NCBI GenBank assembly: GCA_963770565.1
Contig: CAVYQE010000008.1
Coordinates: forward strand, 161,972-225,971
From: an uncultured Actinomycetota bacterium
GTDB lineage: Bacteria; Actinomycetota; Actinomycetes; JAFAQI01
Reading direction: 5' to 3'
DNA: 64,000 bases
Part shown: in pieces, positions 10,101 to 19,322 of the stretch
Numbering within the stretch: position 1 is the stretch's first letter
How the letters are laid out: every line of letters starts with the position of its first letter
Notes under the pieces: generated by a model
What the model was told of the DNA's origin: nothing
Database searches by the model: none
The model's input: only the letters and a program-made list of their open reading frames with translations
Translations under genes and position numbers: made by a program

Positions 10101-11702
10101 GTGCTCTTGACCATCACCTCCCCGCCTCGCCTGGCCACCCTGTGGTGTCCCGACTGGCCGGTGACCACGGTCCGGATGACCTCCGGGGTGCCGGGTGACG
10201 CGCCGGTCGCGGTGGTCACGGCTAACCAGGTCATCGCCTGCTCGGCGGTGGCGAGGGGAGCCGGCGTACGACGGGGGATGCGCCGCCGGGAGGCACAGTC
10301 GCGCTGCCCCGAGCTAGTGGTGCTGGCTCGCGACGAGCCGGCCGAGGCCAGGTGCTTCGAGCCGGTGATCGTCGCGGTGGAGTCGCTGGTGCCGGGGGTC
10401 GAGGTGATGCGGCCGGGGTTGGTCGCGGTCGGGGTTCGCGGACCGATGCGGCACTACGCCGGCGAGCCGGCGTTCGTCGACGCGCTGTGGGGGGCCGTGA
10501 GCTGGCTGACCGAGGACGCCGCTCAGATCGGGGTGGCCGACGGGGCGTTCGCGGCCGAGCAGGCGGCGCGGCGCGGCATGATCGTGCCGGCCGGTGAGTC
10601 GGCGGAGTTCCTCGCCGATTTTCCGGTGACCACGTTGAGTGCGTTCGGCAACGCAGACCTGGTCGATCTGTTGCAACGGCTGGGGATTCACACCCTCGGC
10701 GGGTTTGCCGCCCTGCCTGCCCGCGACGTGCTGATGCGGTTCGGCCCGGTCGGCGCCTGGGCGCACCGGCAGGCCGGCGGCCGTGACGACCGGCCGATCG
10801 TGATGCGCGAACCGCCGGCCGAATGCACCGTCACGGTCGAGCTCGATACACCGGTCGATCGGGTCGATGTGGTGGCGTTCAGCGCGCGAAGCGCGGCCGA
10901 GCGGTTCATCGCCGATCTGGCCGCCCGCGGGCTGTCGTGCGCCTGTTTCGAGCTCGAGGCCTTCACCGAGGCGGGCGAGACGATGGCGCGGCGCTGGCGT
11001 CATCCCGGCGTACTGACCGCTCCCGACGTCGTCGATCGGATCCGCTGGCAGCTCGAGGGCTGGCTGCACGGCGCGAACGGCGCGAACGGTGCGCCAGGGG
11101 GCGGGCAGCGCCCGACCGCGGGAATCACCCGGCTGCGCTTCGTCCCGGTCGAGACGGTGCCGAGCGGCACCCATCAACAGGCGTTGTGGGGCGGGCCGGG
11201 CGAGGCCGGCGAGCGCGCGCACCGGGCCCTGGCCAGGGTGCAGACGATGCTCGGCCTTGGCTCGGTGGTGGTGCCGGTGGTCGAGGGTGGTCGCGGCCCG
11301 ATCGATCGCACCCAGCTCGTCCCGTGGGGCGAGGATCGGGCCGCCACTCGCGCGCCGGACCAGCCGTGGCCGGGTCGGCTGCCCTCGCCGGCCCCCTCGG
11401 TGCTGATCGACCCGCCCGCCGCGGTGGCGGTGCTCGACGAGATCGGTCACCCGGTGGTCGTCACCGAACGCGGCGGGGTGGTCCGCCCACCCGCCCGGCT
11501 CGGGTTGGGCAACGATCCGCCGGTCGCCGTGACGTCGTGGGCCGGTCCGTGGCCGGTCGACGAGCGCTGGTGGGATCCCGGGCAGAGCACCCGGGTAGCC
11601 CGGCTCCAGCTCGTCGACGATCACGGCCGGGCCTACCTCGTGGCCGGCGAGATGCGCCGTACCGATGCCCCCCGGTGGTCCCTCGAAGGGATCTACGACT
11701 GA
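10101..11702 (+). CDS. imuB: ImuB, catalytically inactive Y-family polymerase
   Basis: LWCPDWP, ARGAGVRRGMRRREAQSRCP, WAGPWPVDERWW, C-terminal EGIYD. Confidence 0.92.
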   Translation: MLLTITSPPRLATLWCPDWPVTTVRMTSGVPGDAPVAVVTANQVIACSAVARGAGVRRGMRRREAQSRCPELVVLARDEPAEARCFEPVIVAVESLVPGVEVMRPGLVAVGVRGPMRHYAGEPAFVDALWGAVSWLTEDAAQIGVADGAFAAEQAARRGMIVPAGESAEFLADFPVTTLSAFGNADLVDLLQRLGIHTLGGFAALPARDVLMRFGPVGAWAHRQAGGRDDRPIVMREPPAECTVTVELDTPVDRVDVVAFSARSAAERFIADLAARGLSCACFELEAFTEAGETMARRWRHPGVLTAPDVVDRIRWQLEGWLHGANGANGAPGGGQRPTAGITRLRFVPVETVPSGTHQQALWGGPGEAGERAHRALARVQTMLGLGSVVVPVVEGGRGPIDRTQLVPWGEDRAATRAPDQPWPGRLPSPAPSVLIDPPAAVAVLDEIGHPVVVTERGGVVRPPARLGLGNDPPVAVTSWAGPWPVDERWWDPGQSTRVARLQLVDDHGRAYLVAGEMRRTDAPRWSLEGIYD

Positions 11703-11710
11703 TGCCCGTA

Positions 11711-11795
11711 CCAAGCAATGTCACATTGCCCCCCACTTCGTGGGGGCAATGTGACAGCACCCCCGAATTTCCCTGGGCAATGTCACATTGCTTGG
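11711..11795. repeat. REP-like compound palindrome
   Basis: Three GCAATGT(C/G)ACA units; outer inverted repeat CCAAGCAATGTCACATTGCCC / GGGCAATGTCACATTGCTTGG (1 mismatch) plus an inner hairpin. Confidence 0.8.
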
Positions 11796-11808
11796 CGGGG
11801 GTTGGCTG

Positions 11809-14800
11809 ATGGGGTGGGAGAACCCGCCGATCCCGTGGCGCGAGCTCGAGCGGCGGCTTTCCGGTCGGCCGGCACCTGCCGGGCCGAACGCTGCACCGCC
11901 GGCCGGGCCGGACGTCAAGCCGCCGGCCGGGCCGAACGCTGCACCGCCGGCCGGGCCGGACGTCACGCCGCCGGCCGGGTCGAACGCTGCACCGCCGGCC
12001 GGGCCGGATGCCACACCGCCGGCCGGGCCGAACTCGGTGGCGGGCGGGCGGTCGGCGGGTGAGGTCGGCGGGGACGGCGGCGACTCGGTCGCCTGGTCAC
12101 GGCACCGGCCGGCCTACGAACCGGTTCCGCTGGTCCGACCGGACCGGACCGTGCCCTATGCCGAGCTGCACGCGCACTCCTCCTTCAGCCACCTCGACGG
12201 GGCGAGCCTGCCCGAGGAGATGGTCGAGGAAGGGGTTCGGCTCGGCCTGTCAGGACTGGCGCTGACCGACCACAACGGGATGTACGGCGTGGTCCGCTTC
12301 GCCGAGGCGGCGCAGAGGTTCGATCTGCCCACGATCTACGGCGCCGAGCTCTCGCTCGACCTCTCGGTCCCGACGACGAGCGCGCAGCGGTCGGTCGGGG
12401 CCCGATCCGGGATGACCGATCCCACCGGCCGGCACCTGCTCGTGCTGGCCCGCGATCCCGCCGGTTACGCCAGCTTGTGCCGCGCGATCAGCGCTGCCCA
12501 GCGCCGCGGTGGCGCGAAAGGGCACCCGGTCTATGACCTCGACGAGCTGACCGACCTGGCGGCCGGACAGTGGCTGGTGCTGACCGGCTGCCGGAAGGGC
12601 GCGGTTCGGGCCGCGCTGGAGACGGCCGATTTCGGCAGCTTCGCCCTCGATCCGGCCCGCGCCGCGCTGGCCGAGCTGGTCACCCGGTTCGGGCGCGACA
12701 ACGTCGCGGTCGAGCTGAGCTACGCCCGCGACCCGCTGGCCGACGAGCGCTACGACGCCCTGGCTTTGCTGGCCGACGAGCAGCACCTGCCGGTCGTGGC
12801 GACCACCGCGGCGCACTACCACGGGCCGGCCCGCCGCCCGCTCGCCACCGCGATGGCTGCGGTGCGGGCCCGGCGCAGCCTGCCGGAGCTCGACGGCTGG
12901 CTGCCGGCGTGGGCGGACCAGCAGCTGCGGACCGGCGAGGAGATGGCGCAGCGCTTCGCCCGCTGGCCGGGCGCGGTGCCGGCCGCGGCCCGGCTCGGTG
13001 CGGAGCTGGCGTTCTCGATCCACCTCATCGCCCCGGACCTTCCGCCGTTTCCGGTGCCACCCGGCCACACTGAGATGACCTATCTGCGCGAGCTCTCCAT
13101 GCGTGGCGCCGCCAAGCGGTACGGCCCGCGCGGTCCGGACACCGAGAAGGCCTACGCCCAGATCGAGCACGAGCTCGTCGTCATCGAGGAGCTGAAGTTC
13201 CCGGGCTACTTCCTCGTCGTCTGGGACATCGTCCGCTTCGCTCGGGAGAGCGGGATCCTGTGCCAGGGCAGGGGATCGGCGGCCTGCTCGGCGGTCTGCT
13301 ACGCCTTGGAGATCACCGCGGTCGACGCCGTACGTTACGAGTTGCTCTTCGAGCGCTTCCTGGCCGCCGAGCGCGGCGAGCCGCCGGACATCGACGTCGA
13401 CATCGAGTCCGGCCGGCGCGAGGAAGTCATCCAGTACGTCTATACCTTGCACGGCCGCGACCACGCCGCCCAGGTGGCCAACGTCATCACCTACCGGCCC
13501 CGATCCGCGCTGCGCGACGTCGCCAAGGCGCTGGGCTATTCCACCGGCCAGCAGGACGCGTGGAGCAAGCAGATCGAGCACGGCTTCACCACCTCGGTGA
13601 TCGCCCAGTCCGAGGACAATCCGGTGCCGCCGAAGGTGCTCGAGCTGGCCGAGGAGCTCCGCAACACCCCGCGCCATCTCGGCATCCACTCCGGCGGCAT
13701 GGTGATCTGCGACCGGCCGATCGTCGAGGTCTGCCCGGTCGAGTGGGGCCGGATGCCGGGCCGCACGGTGCTGCAGTGGGACAAGGACGACTGCGCCGCG
13801 ATCGGCCTGGTGAAGTTCGACCTGCTCGGGCTCGGCATGCTCTCGGCGTTGCGCTACTCCTTCGAGCTGATCGCCGACTGGTACGGCGTGACCTACGACC
13901 TCGACTCGATCCCCAAGGAGGCGCCCTGCGTCTACGACATGGTGTGCGAGGCCGACACGGTCGGGGTGTTCCAGATCGAGTCACGCGCGCAGATGGCAAC
14001 CCTGCCGAGGCTTCGCCCGCGGTGTTTCTACGACCTCGTGATCGAGGTGGCGCTGATCCGGCCCGGACCGATTCAAGGCGACTCGGTGCATCCCTACATC
14101 CGCCGCCGGCATGGCCGCGAGCCGGTCACCTATCCGCATCCGGCGCTCGCCGACGCGCTCGGACGCACGCTCGGGATCCCGCTGTTCCAGGAGCAGCTGA
14201 TGCAGGTCGCGGTGGCGGCGGCGAACTTCACTCCGTCCGAAGCCGACCAGCTGCGCCGGGCGATGGGGTCGAAGCGTTCCGATGCCAGGATCGAAGCGCT
14301 CCGACAGCGGTTGTACGACGGCATGGCCGGCAACGGCATCACCGGAGCGCCGGCCGACGAGATCTTTGACAAGATCCGGGCGTTCGCCGCGTTCGGATTC
14401 GCGGAGAGTCACGCGATTTCCTTCGCGTTGCTGGTCTACGCGTCGTCGTGGTTGAAGCTGCACTATCCGGCGGCGTTCTGCGCCGCGTTGATCAACGCGC
14501 AGCCGATGGGCTTCTACTCACCGCAGTCACTGGTTGCCGATGCTCGGCGGCACGGGGTCGAGACCCGTCAACCGGACATCAACGTCTCGCTGGCCGGCGC
14601 CGGCCTGGAGCCGGGGGAGGGCCGCTCGCAGTGCGCCTGCCTCGACGCGCCGCAGCCCGCCGTACGCCTCGGGTTGTCCAGCGTTCGCACCATCGGCGAC
14701 GACCTCGCCGATCGCATCGTCGCCGACCGTGATGCGACCGGGCCGTTCACCTCGATGGCCGACCTGGCACACCGGGTCGGCCTGTCGAGTGATCAGGTCG

Positions 14801-15360
14801 AGGCGCTCGCGACCGCCGGTGCCTTCGACGGTTTCGGGGTCGCCCGCCGCGAGGCGCTGTGGACCGCGGGCGCAGCGGCCGCGGTGCGACCGGGCCAGTT
14901 CGACCTGGTCGCGGTCGACGAGACCGCGACACCACAACTGCCGGAGATGACCGAGCCGGAGCAGATGATCGCCGATCTGTGGGCGACCGGTGTCACGGCC
15001 GATCACTATCCGACCGCATTGGTCCGCGACCGGCTCGACTCGCTCGGTGTCATCACCGCCGCGGGGCTGCGACAGGTCGCCGACCACACCCGGGTGACGG
15101 TCGGGGGGATCGTCACGCACCGGCAGCGACCGGCGACCGCCCGCGGGGTCACCTTCATCAACCTCGAGGACGAGACCGGGATGGTCAATGTCATCTGCTC
15201 GCTGCAGGTGTGGGGGAGATACCGGGTGACCGCGCGAAGCTCGGCGGCGCTGCTGATCCGCGGCATGCTGCAGCACTCCGAGGGCGTGGTCAACGTCATG
15301 GCCGAGCGGATCGAGCGGCTGCCGCTCGGGGTGCGCCCGAGCGCCCGCAACTTCCGCTAG
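11809..15360 (+). CDS. dnaE2: Error-prone DNA polymerase III alpha subunit
   Basis: MGWENP N-terminus, PHP motif YAELHAHSSFSHLDGAS, QGRGSAA, PPDIDVD, PRHLGIHSGG, C-terminal SARNFR. Confidence 0.97.
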   Translation: MGWENPPIPWRELERRLSGRPAPAGPNAAPPAGPDVKPPAGPNAAPPAGPDVTPPAGSNAAPPAGPDATPPAGPNSVAGGRSAGEVGGDGGDSVAWSRHRPAYEPVPLVRPDRTVPYAELHAHSSFSHLDGASLPEEMVEEGVRLGLSGLALTDHNGMYGVVRFAEAAQRFDLPTIYGAELSLDLSVPTTSAQRSVGARSGMTDPTGRHLLVLARDPAGYASLCRAISAAQRRGGAKGHPVYDLDELTDLAAGQWLVLTGCRKGAVRAALETADFGSFALDPARAALAELVTRFGRDNVAVELSYARDPLADERYDALALLADEQHLPVVATTAAHYHGPARRPLATAMAAVRARRSLPELDGWLPAWADQQLRTGEEMAQRFARWPGAVPAAARLGAELAFSIHLIAPDLPPFPVPPGHTEMTYLRELSMRGAAKRYGPRGPDTEKAYAQIEHELVVIEELKFPGYFLVVWDIVRFARESGILCQGRGSAACSAVCYALEITAVDAVRYELLFERFLAAERGEPPDIDVDIESGRREEVIQYVYTLHGRDHAAQVANVITYRPRSALRDVAKALGYSTGQQDAWSKQIEHGFTTSVIAQSEDNPVPPKVLELAEELRNTPRHLGIHSGGMVICDRPIVEVCPVEWGRMPGRTVLQWDKDDCAAIGLVKFDLLGLGMLSALRYSFELIADWYGVTYDLDSIPKEAPCVYDMVCEADTVGVFQIESRAQMATLPRLRPRCFYDLVIEVALIRPGPIQGDSVHPYIRRRHGREPVTYPHPALADALGRTLGIPLFQEQLMQVAVAAANFTPSEADQLRRAMGSKRSDARIEALRQRLYDGMAGNGITGAPADEIFDKIRAFAAFGFAESHAISFALLVYASSWLKLHYPAAFCAALINAQPMGFYSPQSLVADARRHGVETRQPDINVSLAGAGLEPGEGRSQCACLDAPQPAVRLGLSSVRTIGDDLADRIVADRDATGPFTSMADLAHRVGLSSDQVEALATAGAFDGFGVARREALWTAGAAAAVRPGQFDLVAVDETATPQLPEMTEPEQMIADLWATGVTADHYPTALVRDRLDSLGVITAAGLRQVADHTRVTVGGIVTHRQRPATARGVTFINLEDETGMVNVICSLQVWGRYRVTARSSAALLIRGMLQHSEGVVNVMAERIERLPLGVRPSARNFR
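11875..12036 (+). repeat. In-frame 24-bp tandem repeat (about 6.7 copies) in the dnaE2 N-terminus
   Basis: PAGPNAAP and PAGPDVxP units alternate (48-bp super-period). Confidence 0.9.
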
Positions 15361-15363
15361 GAA

Positions 15364-16275
15364 CTACTGCCTCGCCGGCTCGGCGATCCGCTCGGGAACC
15401 GGCTCGGCGCGCACCCACGGCCGGGCAAGACCCAGCCAGACCAGGAACACCGCGCCGAGGACCGACACCAGGGCCCAGCCGAGCGCGTCGGTGCCGACCC
15501 CGACGTACTTCAGACCCGAGGCGAAGATCACGAAGGTGATGGCCGGGCGGATGTACTTGTCCGGAGCGCGTGAGGACAGCACCGACCCGACCAGTACGGC
15601 GGGGACGCTGCCGATGATCAGCGACGTCGTCACCGCGAACTCGACGTGGCCGAAGGCGACTGCGCCCAGCGCGGCAGCCATGGTCAGCGGCAGCGCCTGG
15701 GCCAGGTCGGTGCCGACCAGCTGATTGGCGCCAAGCATCGGATAGAGGAAGAGCAACAGCACGATCATCAGCGAGCCCGAGCCCACCGAGGTCATGCCGA
15801 CGACGAGACCGCCGATCATGCCGATCGCGACCGTGCGCACCGGATGGACGACGATGTCGTTGACCACCCCTTGGCGGGTGTGACCGGCCCGCCGGTCGAG
15901 GACGAAGCGCAGGACCATCGCGGCCGCGCCGAGCAGCAGCGCCGCCCCGAGGATCCGCTCGATGTTGTCCTGGTCGGTGCTCGAGTCGCCGAGCTCGTGC
16001 AACAGGAACGATCCGAGGAACGCCATCGGCACCGACCCGGAGGCCATTAGGGTCACTAGCCGCATGTTCACCGTGCCCTTGCGGAAGTGCACGAGTGCGC
16101 CCAGCGGTCGCATCACGACCGCAGCCACCAGGTCGCTCGAGATCGCCTTGAGCGGGGTGACATTGAACAGCAGGATCAGCATCGGGGTCATCAGCGCGCC
16201 ACCGCCGGCGCCGGTCATCCCCACCAGCAAGCCGACCACCGCACTGCCCAGCACGATGTAGGGGTCGACGTGCAT
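15364..16275 (-). CDS. Sulfite exporter TauE/SafE family protein
   Basis: VGLLVGMTGAGGGALMTP, GMTSVGSGS, LVGTDLAQA. Confidence 0.92.
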   Translation of the reverse strand: MHVDPYIVLGSAVVGLLVGMTGAGGGALMTPMLILLFNVTPLKAISSDLVAAVVMRPLGALVHFRKGTVNMRLVTLMASGSVPMAFLGSFLLHELGDSSTDQDNIERILGAALLLGAAAMVLRFVLDRRAGHTRQGVVNDIVVHPVRTVAIGMIGGLVVGMTSVGSGSLMIVLLLFLYPMLGANQLVGTDLAQALPLTMAAALGAVAFGHVEFAVTTSLIIGSVPAVLVGSVLSSRAPDKYIRPAITFVIFASGLKYVGVGTDALGWALVSVLGAVFLVWLGLARPWVRAEPVPERIAEPARQ

Positions 16276-16291
16276 GCCGCTCTCCGATCAT

Positions 16292-16358
16292 TGTTGACCA
16301 ACTTTGTCGAGAACCATACCACGCGAACGCGGCTAGTCGACCAACTTTGTGTAGAATA
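16292..16358. promoter_or_regulatory. Two copies of an Rrf2/IscR-type operator-like sequence
   Basis: TTGACCAACTTTGTCGAGAA (16294) and TCGACCAACTTTGTGTAGAA (16337) upstream of tauE. Confidence 0.5.
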
Positions 16359-16541
16359 ATTGACCGGCGGGTCGGATTACCCCGTTTCGGTCCCAAACCT
16401 GTTAGCCTCTTAGGTGCAGGTCGCAGTTCTCGTTGTGCTTAGCTCGCGGGATCTCTCCCGCGAGCTTGTTGCTTTTCGTCGAAGAGCACTCGCGGCGACC
16501 GAGTCCCGTACAGCGGGGCGAACCCAGTCAAGGACACAGCA

Positions 16542-16745
16542 ATGGCACAAGGCACCGTCAAATGGTTCAACGGCGAAAAGGGCTACGGCTTCATCGCCCC
16601 GGCCGACGGAAGTCCGGACGTCTTCGTCCACTTCTCCGCAATCCAGTCCGACGGCTACAAGACCCTCGATGAGGGCGCGACCGTCGAGTTCGACACCACC
16701 CAGGGCCAAAAGGGCCCGCAGGCTGAGAACGTGCGAGTCGTCTGA
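16542..16745 (+). CDS. cspA: Cold-shock protein
   Basis: [32 protein letters not shown]; RBS AAGGA; possible -10 TAGCCT at 16403 implying a long 5' UTR. Confidence 0.97.
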   Translation: MAQGTVKWFNGEKGYGFIAPADGSPDVFVHFSAIQSDGYKTLDEGATVEFDTTQGQKGPQAENVRVV

Positions 16746-16768
16746 GCCTGTCGACCGATCGGTCGACG

Positions 16769-16816
16769 ACAGCGCCGCCCCCGCCCGAACAGGGTCGGGG
16801 GGCGGCGCTGTTTTTT
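16769..16816 (+). terminator. Intrinsic terminator after csp
   Basis: ACAGCGCCGCCCCC...GGGGGCGGCGCTGT stem followed by a T-run. Confidence 0.88.
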
Positions 16817-16992
16817 CTCTCCGGGGGTCGTTCGGCCCGGGTCGCTGGACCATTCGGCGGCACGATTTGTGGCGTTCGCTCAGAGATTTCTCAGTGTTTC
16901 CCCGGATCGTTCAAGCCCTTCAGGTTCCGCACCGACACTTGAGCCAGACAGTCCGTCGCGGGCTGCAAATTCGGCGGGCCGGAGGCACCTGA

Positions 16993-17721
16993 GTGAGCGC
17001 TCTTAGTGCGGTTGCGCCGGCCCCTCCGGAGCTGGTCGTCGCGGTCGCCGACGGGCACTCAACCGGCGCGGACGCAAGCTCGGAGCGCCCGAAGCTCGCC
17101 GCGATCATGCGCCACCTTGGCCTCAGCATCCTGATGGCGAATGTGATCCCGAGCGTCTTGTTCTACTTCTGCCTCGTGGCCGGCAACGTCTGGACCGCCT
17201 TGATCGTCGCGCTGGTGTGGTGCTACGGATCGATGGCATGGCGATGGGGCACCCGTCGCCGGGCTTCCGGGCTGCTGTTGCTCACCGTGGTCGGCCTCAC
17301 GGCCAAGACGGTGCTCGCGCTCGCCAGCGGAAGCACCTTCCTCTACTTCTTGCAGCCTGCCATCACCGACGGGGCACTGGCCGCGTTGTTCCTGGTCTCA
17401 CTGACCACCGCCCGCCCGGTCGTCGCTCGGCTGGCCGGCGACTTCTACCCGCTCAGCGCCGACATCGCGGCGCGGCCGCGGATCCAGCGGCTGTTCTGGC
17501 ATCTGACGCTGTTCTGGGCGGTGATCTGCCTGGTGAAGTCCGTGGTGACGGTCTGGTTGCTCGAGTCCTTCCCGCTGGTCACGTTCGTGGCGCTGAAGGA
17601 GATCGTGATCCTGGCGATGATCGCGATCGGCACCGGCGTGACCGTGACCGCGGCCGTCCGGGTCGCCCGGTCCGAGGGGCTGCTGCACATGCCCGCTCGG
17701 ATATTGCACGCTACGTCGTAG
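16993..17721 (+). CDS. Membrane protein (VC0807/DUF3159-like)
   Basis: About 6 TM segments; LYFLQP, SL...RP...RLA.DF, LTLFW; RBS GGAGG. Confidence 0.65.
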   Translation: MSALSAVAPAPPELVVAVADGHSTGADASSERPKLAAIMRHLGLSILMANVIPSVLFYFCLVAGNVWTALIVALVWCYGSMAWRWGTRRRASGLLLLTVVGLTAKTVLALASGSTFLYFLQPAITDGALAALFLVSLTTARPVVARLAGDFYPLSADIAARPRIQRLFWHLTLFWAVICLVKSVVTVWLLESFPLVTFVALKEIVILAMIAIGTGVTVTAAVRVARSEGLLHMPARILHATS

Positions 17722-17854
17722 TAACTGCGGCTTCGTACCTTCTGTCCTACCCCATCGGGCGATCAACGCACGTCCGTGCGGCTCCGATTGACCACCTATG
17801 CGGATCCGGCGCCAGCCGCCGCGCTCGTGTGGTCAACCAGAAGGACCCGTACAC

Positions 17855-19267
17855 ATGCACGTCAGCTCCCTGGTGGGACGGATCGCGGTGAGCGCGGGTC
17901 TGCTGGGTGCCGTTTTGACGGGGCCGCTCGGGCTGACCCACAGCGCGGCGGCCGGGTCGGGCCGGCATCTGGTCTACTGCTACGGCACAGTGGCCAGGGT
18001 CGACGACGGCGACACGGTCGACGTGCACCTGACCAGCGCCTGCCCCGGTGGCCTGAAGGGCCACCTGATCGTCGTGCGCAACGCGGGGATCCAGGCGACC
18101 GAGATCGCGCACGGTAGCGCCAAGGCGGAGTGCTGGAGCGCCGAGGGCCACGGCCTGTTCCGCTCGCTCATGCACCACGGCCAGCAGGTGCGGTTGTCGT
18201 CGTACTTCGCGACGCCGGCGCCCGACAGCGGTTCGAGGGGCATCGCGCGTTGGCGGAAGTACGTCGATGCCTGGATCGGCGGCCGATGGGTGGACGTGCA
18301 GGCGGCTGAGCTTCTGGCCGGCGACGCGATGTGGAAACAGGAGCCCGTCGAGACGGCGCACCTCGCCGAGTACATGCGGGACGAGCAAGAGGCGATGGAC
18401 GGCCAGGTCGGCATGTGGGGGAGCACCGACCACTGCTCGGACGGCTACGACCAGAGCGCGCAATTCGAGTCGTGGATCGTGTGGAAGACCGACGGTCCGG
18501 ACAGCGGCGCGACGGCGTACGAAGAGTCCTTCGATGTGAAGAACGTCGGGACGACGAGCGTGGATCTGTCCGGGTGGAAGATCCGGGACGGTTCGCATCA
18601 CTTTGCGGGTGGGACCGATCGCGACGTGAGTGCTCAACGCACCTACTTGGTCCTGCCGCAGGGCACCGTGCTCCCACCCGGCCGGACGCTCGTCGTCCAT
18701 CCGTCCCATGGCAGGAGCAAGCCGTCGAAGTTCGTCTTCTACAACAACGGGCATGTGTGGACCGGTCGCGGGCGGAACTACTTCCCGAACGCGCCGATGG
18801 GTCATGGCGGGCTCGGGGCCCATCCCGATCAGGCCTACCCGGATGGCTCGCAGCTGTTCCTCCTCGACCCGGCACTCGATTTCCGCGCGTGGGCGACGTA
18901 CCCGTGTGTGTATCGATGTGCGGTGCCGGCTCCACTCACGATCTGGGCGCAGCCGGGCGTTCGCGACCACAACCGGGAGTACGTGACGATCCATAACCCG
19001 ACCAGCGACCTGGTCGACTTGACCGGCGATGTGGTGGACATGGATGGGCGGACGCTGAACCTGTCCGGCGACCTTGCAGCCGATGCGACCATGAGAATCC
19101 ATTGCAGGGGCAACGGTCGCACCACTGCCCTCAACCGGTACTGGGACGATCTGTCCCACCAGCTGCCGAATGCCGGCGGCACGATCTGGCTGCGCACCGC
19201 GACTGACGTGACGATCAGCACGTTCTCGTGGGGCAACCGCGGCAACTACAACTATTACAAGGGTTGA
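17855..19267 (+). CDS. Secreted thermonuclease (SNase) + lamin-tail-domain protein
   Basis: Signal peptide; RVDDGDTVDV, VRNAGIQATE (SNase); VDLSGWKIRD, EYVTIHNPT...VDLTG (two LTD-like domains). Confidence 0.8.
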   Translation: MHVSSLVGRIAVSAGLLGAVLTGPLGLTHSAAAGSGRHLVYCYGTVARVDDGDTVDVHLTSACPGGLKGHLIVVRNAGIQATEIAHGSAKAECWSAEGHGLFRSLMHHGQQVRLSSYFATPAPDSGSRGIARWRKYVDAWIGGRWVDVQAAELLAGDAMWKQEPVETAHLAEYMRDEQEAMDGQVGMWGSTDHCSDGYDQSAQFESWIVWKTDGPDSGATAYEESFDVKNVGTTSVDLSGWKIRDGSHHFAGGTDRDVSAQRTYLVLPQGTVLPPGRTLVVHPSHGRSKPSKFVFYNNGHVWTGRGRNYFPNAPMGHGGLGAHPDQAYPDGSQLFLLDPALDFRAWATYPCVYRCAVPAPLTIWAQPGVRDHNREYVTIHNPTSDLVDLTGDVVDMDGRTLNLSGDLAADATMRIHCRGNGRTTALNRYWDDLSHQLPNAGGTIWLRTATDVTISTFSWGNRGNYNYYKG

Positions 19268-19322
19268 GCGCCCGGGTTCCAGCCCAGGTTGACCGGTCGG
19301 TGGGCTGGGTAGCCTGACCTTT

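Noticed and set aside
10096-10110. Frameshift at the imuB start (ATGA overlap gives MTCS*)
   Set aside because: In-frame GTG 10101 / TTG 10107 with an upstream GGAG gives an intact ImuB.
16750-16767. Perfect palindrome GTCGACCGATCGGTCGAC after csp
   Set aside because: Adjacent to the terminator and built from common GTCGAC/CGATCG words; no independent function supportable.
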